A stretch of 64,000 bases of DNA from a virus: IMG/VR virus record IMGVR_UViG_3300017613_001944, positions 18,212-82,211 of that record; one strand, given 5' to 3'. Positions within the stretch are counted from its first letter, which is position 1. Every line of letters starts with the position of its first letter. The notes below the pieces were generated by a model. The model was not told the DNA's origin. It saw nothing but the letters and a program-made list of their open reading frames with translations, and made no database searches. Positions 9,683 through 21,500 of the stretch are shown piece by piece. Position numbers and translations under genes: made by a program.

Positions 9683-10465
9683 ATGACTGAAGAGCAGACC
9701 ACGAATGTGACGGATGGAAATGCTGCACCGGCAGTAACACCTGTTCCTGCTGTAACTACTCCCACTCCGCCGCCTTCAGGCCAGCAAACTACTTCTTCCA
9801 AGCCGAATTCAGATGTTGTGGATGCCGACGGGAAAAAGTGGAAAGATAAGTTTTATGGTCGCGAAGGTGCGATTGGGCAGTTGCAGAAAGAAAAAGCTGA
9901 GTTAGAGGGGATGTTTAAAACCCGCCTCGATTCCGCCCAACAACAGTTGGACGAAAGAGATGCGAGTATACTCGTCCTGCAAACCCAGGTTGGAGATCTA
10001 CAACCCCAGATCGAAGCCATTGGCGACCTCCAGGAACAAATCGACAATCTTAGTAAAGAAGCCGGGTTAGCCACCAAATACAAAATATTGACTGAGTACC
10101 CAACGCTGCTTGGTATGCAGGTAGAAGAAGAGATCCCCGCAGAGGGAGAGGGAGAACCCACGAAAGTGTTAGTTAACCCTCTAGTAAATCTCGTGGAGAA
10201 CTCAACTTTAGAGGGAGATGCACTGCGTGCAGAGATTGCGCGTCTTGCAACCCTTTATAGTAGCGTCCCCCAGCAAGAGACGCCACCTCCTGCTGCACCA
10301 GTAGCTCCCACACCCGCTGAACCCGTTCAGGACAGTCCTCAGTTCCATTACAACAAAGCAATGGAGATAAAGGACAGAATGAACTCGGGAGAGGGCGGGT
10401 TGATGGATGAGTTTAGGGAGGCTTGGGAGCAGTACAACAAATCGAATGCGGCAGCAACCGGCTAA
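9683..10465 (+). CDS. Capsid scaffolding protein
   Basis: Pro-rich ends, central acidic coiled coil, directly before the capsid gene. Confidence 0.65.
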   Translation: MTEEQTTNVTDGNAAPAVTPVPAVTTPTPPPSGQQTTSSKPNSDVVDADGKKWKDKFYGREGAIGQLQKEKAELEGMFKTRLDSAQQQLDERDASILVLQTQVGDLQPQIEAIGDLQEQIDNLSKEAGLATKYKILTEYPTLLGMQVEEEIPAEGEGEPTKVLVNPLVNLVENSTLEGDALRAEIARLATLYSSVPQQETPPPAAPVAPTPAEPVQDSPQFHYNKAMEIKDRMNSGEGGLMDEFREAWEQYNKSNAAATG

Positions 10466-10477
10466 GGAGGATTAAGT

Positions 10478-11932
10478 ATGGCAGGCGAAGTTGAAAAATA
10501 CCTCGACTCCCATCCATTTCGGATCTGGGATCAAAATAGTTGGGATGAGCGTTCTGCCTTGATCGACGTAGCTTTTCACGGCACCGACGTGTTGTTCACC
10601 CCTCTCATTGGCTCGACAATGACGATGCCAGCGGGGGTTGGTTGGAACGACTATTGGTACGCGGGAGCTGAGTTGGTCAAAAGCCATGTGAACCACGAAA
10701 CCATTGGTCGATACCAGAGAATGATGAACCCGCTATACGTGGACACACGACAGCGCAGGCTGCGTGCACGTTATCGCTGGGGCGTTAAGGCTCAGTACGA
10801 TCAAATGGATGAGATGGTCACACGGTACGGCAACGACAGCGATCAGTTCATCAGCCGAGTATTGCAAGCTCAGTTAGCCGACCAGATCGTCGGCATTACC
10901 GAGAAGGTAGCTCGTGACGGCATTCTCGACAACGCTCTTCACAAGTTTATCTTCGACGGTAGGGCCTTCGTGAATGGCACTGCTGACTATAGCGATATCG
11001 GCACCACCGCCGCAAGTGCCTTCAGCGTCAAGATGTTGGAAGACATCGCCCTCCGCATGAGCTATCGTGCAGAGGAGACTACGAAGGCTTGGGGCGACTA
11101 CGCACAACCCGTCCCTGGAAGCAACTTCCGAGGCTCAGTACTCGTGATGGTCACCACTGGTGTCTATGACAGTATCTGGAACTCTGAGGAGCAAGACTGG
11201 ATGATCGACCTGCGACAGTTGCAGGATGATCGGATCATCAATGGTGGTCGTGTGCAGTATCGCAACATGACTATCCAGGATACGGGGCACACCATGGTGC
11301 AATGGAATGCTGGCAATATCACCAGGCAGGTAGGCGTTAACGCTCCCATTCAATGGGGAGATGGCGCACCTGATCCTGATAGCACACTGGTTGACAGTGT
11401 GTGGCTGGCAGGACAGAGCTCCAGTGACATGGTTCACTATGTGAGCTGTACGGATCTAGGCACGTCCCAGTTTGCTGCTGGTGACTTTGTCTCGATTCAC
11501 ACACAGCGCACCAGTGCAAACGGTGTCACGAACGCTTGTGATCCTCTACACGGTAAGACCTTCCTTGCGGAGGTTTACAGTGTTGATGAGGATAACGAAC
11601 GCTTGACGTTCCGCAAACCCATCACCGAGCAGTATCTCGATGCGTTCAATGATGCTACCCATGGTCAGGTGTATGCTTACGTGACCAAGGCCCAGCACAT
11701 TCACCCCATCGTCATAGTCGCTGCAAGGGAAATGGTGCAGTTCGTAAAGCGCAATCACACTGATGGCAGCTTCATCCAGTTCAACCGCCCCACCGATAAC
11801 GACGTGGACTTCCCGTCGATTGAGCGTGTGACGGCTAACTGGTATGGCGAAGTCAACCCGTGGTCACTGGACCTCTTTGAGGTTTGGTACGCCGCTGGAC
11901 GCTTCGGAAACCGTGGTGCTGTGAGCTACTAG
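10478..11932 (+). CDS. Major capsid protein
   Basis: 484 aa after the scaffold, strong RBS; HK97-like segments with an apparent insertion domain; assigned mainly by synteny. Confidence 0.7.
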   Translation: MAGEVEKYLDSHPFRIWDQNSWDERSALIDVAFHGTDVLFTPLIGSTMTMPAGVGWNDYWYAGAELVKSHVNHETIGRYQRMMNPLYVDTRQRRLRARYRWGVKAQYDQMDEMVTRYGNDSDQFISRVLQAQLADQIVGITEKVARDGILDNALHKFIFDGRAFVNGTADYSDIGTTAASAFSVKMLEDIALRMSYRAEETTKAWGDYAQPVPGSNFRGSVLVMVTTGVYDSIWNSEEQDWMIDLRQLQDDRIINGGRVQYRNMTIQDTGHTMVQWNAGNITRQVGVNAPIQWGDGAPDPDSTLVDSVWLAGQSSSDMVHYVSCTDLGTSQFAAGDFVSIHTQRTSANGVTNACDPLHGKTFLAEVYSVDEDNERLTFRKPITEQYLDAFNDATHGQVYAYVTKAQHIHPIVIVAAREMVQFVKRNHTDGSFIQFNRPTDNDVDFPSIERVTANWYGEVNPWSLDLFEVWYAAGRFGNRGAVSY

Positions 11933-11933
11933 T

Positions 11934-12605
11934 ATGGCAACTGGAACATGGGATTCAGTTAACGATAAGCTGGATTTGTTTCTGGGTAAATCCTGGGAGG
12001 CAGATGGCACGAATCTAAAGTCATTGCCTCTCAGGATAGAGGCGTGGAACTGGGCACAACGGGTGTTTGTGCACCACACGCCGCTGCAACAATATGCCAC
12101 TCTGTCCTTCCTAGCAGGAGGGCGTTCAGCGCTTTTACCAGAAGACTACTATGCTATAGACGGCATATACGATTCTACGGAGGAGCGTTGGTGGAAGCCT
12201 ATGCGCCGTCGTCCAGGCGACATTAGGTACGTAGATGATGAGGTACTGGAGTATTGGGTGTGGGCTGACAAGATCATTCTCGAGAATGAATACACTGTCG
12301 GTGCTACGGATCTTACCCTTTACTACTGGGCTTATTATCCAGACGTTACTTATAATGTCGAGACGGTTGGCGAAGATGTGCTGATGACACCAAGATGGGC
12401 AGAGTTGGCATTGGCGCACCTGACCACTGCTAATATCATGCAGCCGATGGAGGTCTTTGCATCTGATATCAATCAGTACAAGATCCGCATCGAGTCAGGC
12501 AACCCGGAACACAATCCAAGAGCACAATCTGCACTATACCATCTCAATTGGTACAATATGCTGTTGTCTCTACACCCACCAGCAAACATGGAGAGGTCTG
12601 GATGA
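11934..12605 (+). CDS. Head-tail adaptor
   Basis: LPEDYYAI..., LTLYYWAY; follows the capsid gene. Confidence 0.55.
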   Translation: MATGTWDSVNDKLDLFLGKSWEADGTNLKSLPLRIEAWNWAQRVFVHHTPLQQYATLSFLAGGRSALLPEDYYAIDGIYDSTEERWWKPMRRRPGDIRYVDDEVLEYWVWADKIILENEYTVGATDLTLYYWAYYPDVTYNVETVGEDVLMTPRWAELALAHLTTANIMQPMEVFASDINQYKIRIESGNPEHNPRAQSALYHLNWYNMLLSLHPPANMERSG

Positions 12606-13156
12606 CACGTCCCGATAACGTGCCGACCACTCTCGAGGCGATGATTGCCGATGGATTGGAGGGTGCATGTACTGAGTACTGCATCACTAACGTCGATGAC
12701 GACGATCCATCAATGTCAGACCACGTTATTCTTGGTAAGCCTACGGAGGAGTTGGCTGACGAAATCGTAGTATCTATTCACATGCAACACCCTTTTGGCC
12801 CAACGATGGACAAAGACTCGGCTATCACAGGCAAGACTGGTGTTACAGGCTTTCACTTCCCGGATGAGACTATCGGTGGTGGGCGAGTGGATCAGATAAT
12901 GGGAGCCGTGCAAGTTAATATACGTCAGGATCTAGAATATGCTGACGCTATGTGGATTAGCGCGGTAGTCGTGGAGCGTGTCAAACAGGCCATCAATCTC
13001 CATCCAGATGTGCGGAGCTTGACGGATAGTTACGGTAATGTCATGTTCAAACTGCAAACTTTTAGAGCGATTGGCTATGCTAGCGGCGGTGGCGATGTCT
13101 CTGTCTATTTTAGATGGGTTGACTTTGTCGCTTACGTCAGCTACACCAATTGCTAG
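12602..13156 (+). CDS. Tail terminator/completion protein
   Basis: ATGA overlap; position before the tail tube. Confidence 0.5.
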   Translation: MTRPDNVPTTLEAMIADGLEGACTEYCITNVDDDDPSMSDHVILGKPTEELADEIVVSIHMQHPFGPTMDKDSAITGKTGVTGFHFPDETIGGGRVDQIMGAVQVNIRQDLEYADAMWISAVVVERVKQAINLHPDVRSLTDSYGNVMFKLQTFRAIGYASGGGDVSVYFRWVDFVAYVSYTNC

Positions 13157-13168
13157 GAGGGATAGGTT

Positions 13169-14356
13169 ATGGCTGGGTTACAAATGCCAAATGAGACCAG
13201 GTTTGGCTTGGGCATTCAACAGGGAGGTGGAGGCCAAGGTGTCTCTGACTACTTGAAGATGGCCCTGGGCTATGAGCATGTGGTCTCGAACAACGACAAC
13301 TTTTCATATTTCCCTCTAACCGACGTTGGTATCTCCCCTGTTAAAACTATGGGAACTCTTCCACCGGAGATTGGTGGACGAGCCCTGGCGACAGGAGCTT
13401 ATGCAACCGGCACTTGGGCTGCTGGCCCAGTGACAATGATCCCACGCTTGGACAATCGGCTGGGGTGGTTGCTATTGGCTGGAATGGGGGATGTCAGCAC
13501 AGTTGCGGATACGAAAGCTGAGAATCTCGCCATCCTTGGCGGGGTACACGGCGCTGATGCTGGTATCAACAGCCACATCTTCCAGTTCAACATTGACGAT
13601 CAGTACTTCGTCCCGTGGCTCACGCTACGTCGTTTGCTTCCGCATTCGACCACGGCGCTGCGCTTGGGCGAGACGTTCCAAGATGGAAAGATGGCTACCT
13701 TCACGCTCACGGCAACCGCCGGAGCGCCCTTGCAAGTAGACGTTGACTTCCTGGCTAGATTGAAGCAGAGTAACTACATCTTTGACTTTGATCCAAGCTG
13801 GGGTACGTTCGTCAACGATGACTTTGACAAGTTCGGCGTTACGAGTTGTGATGGTCACTTTAACGTGGAAGACGTGGCATTCGATGTCACTGCGGTTACG
13901 ATCACGGTAGGTAACATCTTGTTGCCTCCAACCCAATCAATCATCATAGGAACCACACATCCTGTTGACTTCCCGAATCTCAACAGGACGATGACGGTGA
14001 CGGCTTCCTTCCTGGTGAGCACTTGGGACTTCTATGTCAGCACTTTCGCTGGGTCTGCGGTTACGGCTACAGATTCCAATGTTGAGTGTGCGGTTTACAA
14101 GGCAGACATAGATGTGATGTTGGCGAGTCAAGTTAACATCACCGGATCTGAACCGTATCGTATTCGGATACTGTCCAACCCGAACGAGGATAATGCGGCT
14201 TGGACTGTTCAACCCGTTAGGATCATGCCTAACAGACCAGTGGTTGTTCAGGCTAACTGCACCGTCCTGGCGTTGGAGGGATCAAGTTGGGAGAACCATC
14301 CGGTTTTCATCGTTCTTCAAAACGACAAAGCCGACTACAACCTTCCAACACCATAG
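13169..14356 (+). CDS. Tail tube (major tail) protein
   Basis: Beta-rich 395 aa, synteny before the chaperone and tape measure. Confidence 0.65.
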   Translation: MAGLQMPNETRFGLGIQQGGGGQGVSDYLKMALGYEHVVSNNDNFSYFPLTDVGISPVKTMGTLPPEIGGRALATGAYATGTWAAGPVTMIPRLDNRLGWLLLAGMGDVSTVADTKAENLAILGGVHGADAGINSHIFQFNIDDQYFVPWLTLRRLLPHSTTALRLGETFQDGKMATFTLTATAGAPLQVDVDFLARLKQSNYIFDFDPSWGTFVNDDFDKFGVTSCDGHFNVEDVAFDVTAVTITVGNILLPPTQSIIIGTTHPVDFPNLNRTMTVTASFLVSTWDFYVSTFAGSAVTATDSNVECAVYKADIDVMLASQVNITGSEPYRIRILSNPNEDNAAWTVQPVRIMPNRPVVVQANCTVLALEGSSWENHPVFIVLQNDKADYNLPTP

Positions 14357-14368
14357 GGGGTTAGAGAA

Positions 14369-14677
14369 ATGGTACTGACTGTGGGCCAAATGCTCCAGTT
14401 GGTGCGTGCTGATCTTGAGAGTGAGACAGTTTCCATGAGCAGGAATGCTTGTATAAGGAAACTGTCTCATCTCGAGGGTCAGCTTGGACCTAGACTGGGG
14501 AAAGGGATTAACATCCCGGTAGAAGAAAAGGATGAGAGGCTTGTCCCATCTGAGGATTTTTCAAAGCGCTCTCAGAAGCAGAGCGTCGTCGCGGAAGATC
14601 CAAAAGATGCGGAAACTGTTGAGGAAAAAAAGAAACCAACCAGAAAAAGAAGGACATATACTAAGAAAGAGGTGTAA
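14369..14677 (+). CDS. Hypothetical protein
   Basis: ORF in the operon, basic C-terminus. Confidence 0.5.
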   Translation: MVLTVGQMLQLVRADLESETVSMSRNACIRKLSHLEGQLGPRLGKGINIPVEEKDERLVPSEDFSKRSQKQSVVAEDPKDAETVEEKKKPTRKRRTYTKKEV

Positions 14678-14679
14678 TA

Positions 14680-15165
14680 ATGGCTATCAAAGTCGCGCCT
14701 ATCTTCTCGGAGCCGCTGTATCTCGGTGATCTGAGCGAAGAAGTGGCTAAGATGGAGAAGGATTGTGACCAAAACGACAGAGCATGGATAAAAGCACGGC
14801 AAGCGACAGAATCTGATGAGATGGAGATCAGTTCACTGTACTCTAAATCAAAGACTGTGTGGACTGGTGAGGCTACGGAACAGGTCCAAGAAATCAACCC
14901 CAGGGAACGGCAGGCCATGGAGATCTACCTGTGTATGGTAGACGCCGGTAACATTGACGATGAAGATGGCCCACTGTTCACCTTTGTAGAAAATGGACCT
15001 TACGCCAAAGTGGACGGAGGCTTCCAGATATTCAAGGAAGCATACGGAAGACTTCCATCCGAGGCCACATTAGCTATGTTGCGTGCCGTGTATACTGTTA
15101 ACCCCGGCTGGGGTTGGTGGTTGAGCCAAGAGAAATCGGAGGGGGAAGCGAAGACGGGGGAGTAA
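14680..15165 (+). CDS. Tail assembly chaperone (gpG-like)
   Basis: Between tail tube and tape measure; slippery G GGG GAA near the 3' end. Confidence 0.65.
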   Translation: MAIKVAPIFSEPLYLGDLSEEVAKMEKDCDQNDRAWIKARQATESDEMEISSLYSKSKTVWTGEATEQVQEINPRERQAMEIYLCMVDAGNIDDEDGPLFTFVENGPYAKVDGGFQIFKEAYGRLPSEATLAMLRAVYTVNPGWGWWLSQEKSEGEAKTGE

Positions 15166-15506
15166 ACCCCCTTCTACAGCATCTCGATGTACTGGAGAAC
15201 GCAGTTCTTGAGTGGTTAGAGAGGAGCTTCTATGAGACGGCTGACCACGAGCTCCAGAAAGCTCTACGTAAACAAGCGCTGCTCCCAGTAAATATGCAAG
15301 CCGAAATGCCGGAGGCTTACCGCATCTGGCGTACCTGTCAAAGACATAGTGAGTTGTTCTGGCCTGGTGGTATAGCCAATCAACCGGCAACCCTTATGTT
15401 AGAGATGGAGGCTTGCGAGAGAGTTTCAAACCAGTTCCAGGATCAAATCAAGCGAATGTACGGCATTATCGAGGATAAAGGCAGTGGCGCTTCGCCCATC
15501 GGATAA
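15114..15506 (+). CDS. Tail assembly chaperone -1 frameshift extension (gpT-like)
   Basis: Open in the -1 frame across the end of the previous gene; no convincing start of its own. Confidence 0.6.
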   Translation: MVVEPREIGGGSEDGGVNPLLQHLDVLENAVLEWLERSFYETADHELQKALRKQALLPVNMQAEMPEAYRIWRTCQRHSELFWPGGIANQPATLMLEMEACERVSNQFQDQIKRMYGIIEDKGSGASPIG

Positions 15507-18500
15507 CCCAGGGAGAGCTCTGCAAGACAGGGCAGAACAACGCGCTCAACAGCTTATGCGTGAGCGGCGTGGTTGGTCTTATTCTGCTGCACTCAACTTT
15601 GCTATGAATGAGTTGACGTATCAGCAGCAGCATGTCGTCCTGGATGTTGAGACAACGGGTGTAAAGAAGGGCGAGAACGAGCTCATCCAGATTGGTGCCA
15701 GGAAGTTTGGTCCTGGTGGAAAACCCGGAGAGACCTATCAAACCTTTGTTGATCCAGGTGGTCCAATTCCCCAGGACATCACTAATCTAACCGGCATCAG
15801 CACCCAGATGGTAATGGGTGCTCCCTCTCCACAACAGGCAGTCTCAGAACTGTCTCAGTTTGTAGGCAATCTCCCCGTCGTTGGTCACAATGTTGGCTTT
15901 GACATTGGCTTCCTGGGGATGCACGGCTTTGAAGCATCAACAGCAGCAGACACTCTAGCTGCATCCAGAGCCGCTATGCCACAACGTCGCAGCCACTCTC
16001 TTGCCAACATCGCCGCAGAGCAGGGGTGGGGAATACAACAGCACGAGGCCATGGCTGATGTTGGCATGACCTCCTTACTTCATAGTCAGCTAGCAACAAT
16101 GTATCAAGGAGGTGTTCCTCCACCGAGTGGACCACCTCCACCTGCAAACATCTCCCGCTCCATGGGACCCACGCAAAGGGCGTTGCCCCCAGCAGTGCAC
16201 GGCGCTGCTATGCAGTTGGGGATAGACGCACAGCAGGCTTCTGAGATCGTCAGCTCGGCTGGTGGTGGATCTATCCGCCAGCAGATAGAAGCCGTACAAC
16301 AGTTTGTATACAACAAGATAGGCAAACCCGCCCCCTTTGGCGGTAGTGCAGATCCCATGCAGGCTCTCTCCCCCACACAGTGGGTGCAAACCACAGAGAG
16401 TGGGCGTGCGATGACACGCACCATGACACCCTTGCCATCATCCTTTGATCCAGCTAAAGCGCAGGAGACATGGGACCCAGGGCAGATATCCTATCCTGGG
16501 AACAAGATGCAACTTGATCTTGAGCGCAGTCTTGGTGCTTCGATATGGCCTGTTCGAGGTGGGGCGATTCAGACGGGACTAGAAAAGCCTGAACAATTCC
16601 CCAAGCGAATTAAGCAAGCAATCTCGAACTATCAGCAGATTTATCTCAAGGACATGGAGATAGAGGAGGCTCCGTGGTTGACAGGGCCAACCTCTCAAGC
16701 TCCCGAGAAGGGGCAGACTCTTCGCACTGCTGTGGTGTTTGGCGGCTTTGCTCCCGAGGGCATGTCCTACATTAAGCAGGATCTGGGCTCCGCCGGGGAC
16801 TTCAAGTATCACAAGCTCCCTATTCCAGCAGGGGTGGTGCCAGAGGATATAGCTCCTGTCGGAACTGCATTTACTAGATCTCAGGGGGCACAGCTATTCA
16901 AGGGGCACACCGGCATCAAGTTTGGTGACTGGGAAGAGCAGCATGTTCAGGACATTAGATTTGAGCCTGGAGCCATCAACCAGCCAGGCGCTCTACACGT
17001 CAGAATGGGAAGGGGCATTCCTCTAACACGCGGTATCGGCTACTCGATGCACTCTGGTAAGGAGTTGCTGGTGGGTGCCGATGTCGAGAAGATGACTGGC
17101 AGAAGCGACATCCAGGTGGTGAAAGCTGGTCCCAGGGATGTGCTTGGTCTGGCATTCCAGGCATACAGCTCCATGGCTCCAGCCGAATACGAGAGGGTAA
17201 CTGGCAAGCCGCGCCCTGCCACTTGGCAACAAGCTGCCGCAGATGAAGAGTCTATGGCAGCTTTTGATCGGATGGCTAGTGACAACGCCACGATGCTCCA
17301 GTTCCCCGACCAAATTATCTCTAAAGCCAACCTTGAGGCTTTTAAAGAGGGCAATAGGATAGTTCCCGGCACATTAGAAGAGCTCGGCGGCGAGAGATAC
17401 CGTGCCACCCTGGAGTATCCAGCGGTGGTAATGGATCTCTTTACCCAGTTCACCCGTGGGGCCTATGAGCATGGTCAACCATTTGTTGGGGAGGGTACTC
17501 TCCGGCGAATAAGAGACGCCAACCCTCAACTCTACAACCAGATGATGGGTGAGGGAAAGCAGCAGCGTGAGTGGAGACAGCAAAACGTCCAGGCATACAC
17601 TGCCAGCAGAGGAATACCGGGATTAAGGCAAGCTCCAGACCAATACACTATGGCAAGGGATCTTCCCTGGACTAACATTACACAAGACGCTACTCGCAGA
17701 GCCATGAAGATCAGCGGTGTTGATCGCCCCGAGGATATCCCTTACGGCGCAGAACAAGCAGCACTGTTACAACGAATCCCTCTAACTCACGAGGGTCGAG
17801 CCACAGGAGCTCTCGCCTTCGAGAGCCGTGGCAAGGATTATTTCTTCCCCCATCCCAGGCATGTCCCCGCCGTACCAGGGACCTTGGGCTATGAAGAACG
17901 AAGCGCCTATAGGCACCGCTACGCAAATCTACTCCAGGAACAAATGAGGTATCAAGAGACTGGTGAGGAGGAGCCGTATCGCTCTGCCCTTGCTGGTACA
18001 ATGCTAGCTAGTCACCGTCTTGTAAGCTCCGGCGAATTTCTAAAGCGCACGCTGGGCGTAGAGCCACGAAGTCTATATGGTGGCATGGGTGCTGCATCTT
18101 TCGCCAATCTTCCCGAAGAGCTGTATATGCCAACAGAGGCTGCTGCAAGAGCCAGTGGTATCAAGGTTGGCACTCCCGAATATGAAAGATTCCAGCGCAA
18201 TTTCGAGTCAGGCGGTTATCAGTTTGCTGCCTCTGTATTCCGGGAGCCTACCACTGATACGGCGGGAGTGCTGGTGAAGGGACTGGTCAAGTGGATAGGC
18301 ACACATCCAAACGAAACTCTTCGGGACGCACGTATACCAGTCTTGTCTGCGGAGATGGGCCAGACACTAAGAGGCGACTTTGACAAGGACGCCTACACCA
18401 TTGCCAGGGAGTGGGGCATTGATCTAGCAGATGCCCAAACTCTCAAGATACAAATGCGCGACTTCAATCTTTCAAATGCCCAGGCTGACAAGGCAGGACA

Positions 18501-21500
18501 GCGAGACAAGCAATTCAAGGAGATTGGAAAGTTTGGCACTATTAGATCCATGCTGGATAGAATAGGCCAGAGAACAGCAATACCTCTTAGAGATGCTATT
18601 GGGCAGATGAGCGAGAGGTCCAGTGTCGGCAGACAGATGGGTTATGGCTACAATATTCAGCAAGAGCTAGAAATGTCGGCGGTAGATCCAGAATCCAAGG
18701 CAGCAGCAGAGCTATTGGGCTCCAATATGTATATGCAGGGCCAGGACTTTGAGAAGTGGAGCAAGGAGCTTGAAAGTCTGGTAGTGCATCGCAGTGCCAA
18801 CCTTGCAACAGGCGGTGCATATAATATCATTACTGGTGAGCCGTCACGCATCCCATTCGGCAGGTCAGAGACGGGAATGATGCTCTCTGCCATTAGGATG
18901 GGATCAAATCTCCCAGGCTTGAGCTCCAGAGAGAAGGCAGCAATGATGACCCCTGCTGGTAATGAGGGGCTTCGTGCAGCAGTGGAGGGAGCTCTTGAGT
19001 CTGGTGACATTGACTCAATAGCACACTTATTGGAGGGTGCTCTTCCCGGCGGGGCACAGGAATGGGGAGAGAATACATTATTAGGGCGACAAGTGTTAGG
19101 TCGCGCAGCAGATTTAGGACAAAGGAAAGGTGCCAAAGGAATCCGTGAATCACTAGCAGAAATCGGCAGATCATTAAGGTCTGTCGGTGCAGTAAGACGT
19201 TCTTATCCATTTAAGGGACGTGTGGAGGCGCTTAGAGAAAGAATGCGTCTAGGCGGAGAGCCTCCATCACCCGTTATGCAGGCTCTCTTGCCTGGCAGCG
19301 AAGCGCCTCTGGATGTCTCAGGTATGACACCAGAGGAGCAAGATGCTATGGCTATAAAAGCAGCCTCAGCCTCCTCTGGTAGGGGGCAAGGGCAAACACC
19401 AGAAGAAACAAGACGATTCGCTGATCGACAAATGGAGTGGCAAGCTGAGATAGCAAGAGGTACCGCTGACCCAGCAAACTATCCCGATCTATTCCCAACG
19501 AAGGAAGAGTACGCGAGATACGCGGCTCAAAGAGCCGGGGCACCCCCACGCCCACCCGATCCGGCACGTTCTGCCGGTTCAGGCGGTATGGGAGGTGGAA
19601 GATTACCGCCTGTCACCACCGCTACCCCAGATCCGTCAGATCCACGTCAGTCTGGTGAAGGTGATCCCAAGAAGTGGGTTGTCAACCTGAACTATGGTGC
19701 TGTGAAGATAGGAGACTTTAACCGAGCAATTGAGACAATGACCAGCCGACTTGGTGATTGGTCTGAAGAAATGGACCCGATTGTCACCGGCGGTAAGCAG
19801 TTCACAAAAGCCCAGCAGCAGATGACTGAGAAGTTAATCTCTGCACGCAGAACTCTCGAAAGAGCAGATAGAGGCGAGGGGGATTTTACGTCTGCACAGA
19901 TACAAGCTGCCCAGCAAGCTCTTGCCACGCCTGGTATGGGTGTTCTTGGGCAAGCAGAAGAGCAGATCACCAATCGCTGGTGGGGCCAGAGAATGGATCA
20001 GGGCGCAAGAGGGCGCGTAGGTCGCTTCTATGAGCGCTTTGGTTCACGAGGAATGGGAGACGCCTCACCAACAGAGCGCATGGAGCGCGGATTCAGAAGT
20101 GTATTCTCTGGATGGGAGCTCATGCGCTTACAGCGTATGTGGGGTCTGACTGGTGGACGAGCGTTTGGCGCTATGCCAGTTGCCGCAGAAGCACAGCAAG
20201 GTGCTATGCAAGCCGCCATGGTTGGACAGCCTATGGGCCAGTTTGGGATGGGCGATATCACTGCTGGCTTACTTGAGACGGGTGCAAGACAACAACAGTT
20301 CCAGGTTCAGATGGGCACTGCTACTAACCAGGCTTGGGGCTGGATGCCTAGAGCTATGGCAAACACAGGACTGGGCACAGCGGCTGGCATTGGATTACCT
20401 GCACTTGGCATGGGTGCTGCTGCTGGATGGGGAGCTGGGGTACTTGGACTTGGCGCTCTTTCTACTCCCCTTGGTTTAGGGGTTGCAGCAGGAGCGGGTA
20501 TATATGGCGGGATCAACTATCTAAGAAATAGGCCAGAAGAGGACATAGATGTTGCGGCAGCGGAGCAACGAAAGCGAGATCTGACGCGACAAATAGCGAC
20601 ACCTCAAGGGCTGGAGCGCTTCAGGCCACCGGGATGGATGGGTGGTGCCTTTGGCCCAAGCGTTGAAGGCTACTCTGAAGAACAAGCAGAGAGAGGCGAA
20701 ACGATCCTTAGCGGAGAGCTAACTGGTCTTTCTGTTCCACAACGGATGAAGGCCATTCAGGAAGCATATCAATATGCTCCGCAATGGATGGAGCCAACGG
20801 CTGCACAGGGCCTTGCTCAACAGTGGATGCGCTATGATCCCGAAGCAACTAACATCAGAGAAATCTACGAGGACCCACGCTTCGAGGCAATGGCTGCACG
20901 CGGCACTGATGTTGAAACCTACGCTAAAATGGCAGAGGGTTTTGGTATGCGCCCAAGCCAAGCCTTTGATATTTACAGTATCATGGCTGGCGTGTCAGAG
21001 CAAGAGTTTGGTCCAGTTTCTGAGACTGCTCAATCGTGGATGGGACTTGGTAGAGCTGCTGGCATGAAGCCAGAAGACATCTTAAGTCGCTCCAAGCCAA
21101 GAACACAGACTCCTGGGGATACCCGGTGGGGTGATGTATATAATCCTGAGCGACTGGCGGGACCAAGATTGGAGCGATTGTCAGGCGATCCGATGGTACA
21201 GCAAAGAGCGCAAGCTATCGAAGGTATGATGATACAGCGGCGCACAGCAGGGATGGAGATCCCGTTTGAACCCCCCACCACTGAAGCGGCGGTGATGGAT
21301 ATCTACCAAGGTGGGCAGATGCAGCTAGGCACTGCTGGATTGGGGCTTGCCAATCAGTTTATGGGAATGGGAGCTACTCCGCTAACTGCCGGGGCTGGTG
21401 CTGGTGCCGCAGAGCGTTACGGTATGATGGGGGTACGAGGTGTCAGTGGCTTTATGGGCGGGGACAGGAACATAATGGCTATGCTTGGTCAGGCCAATGT

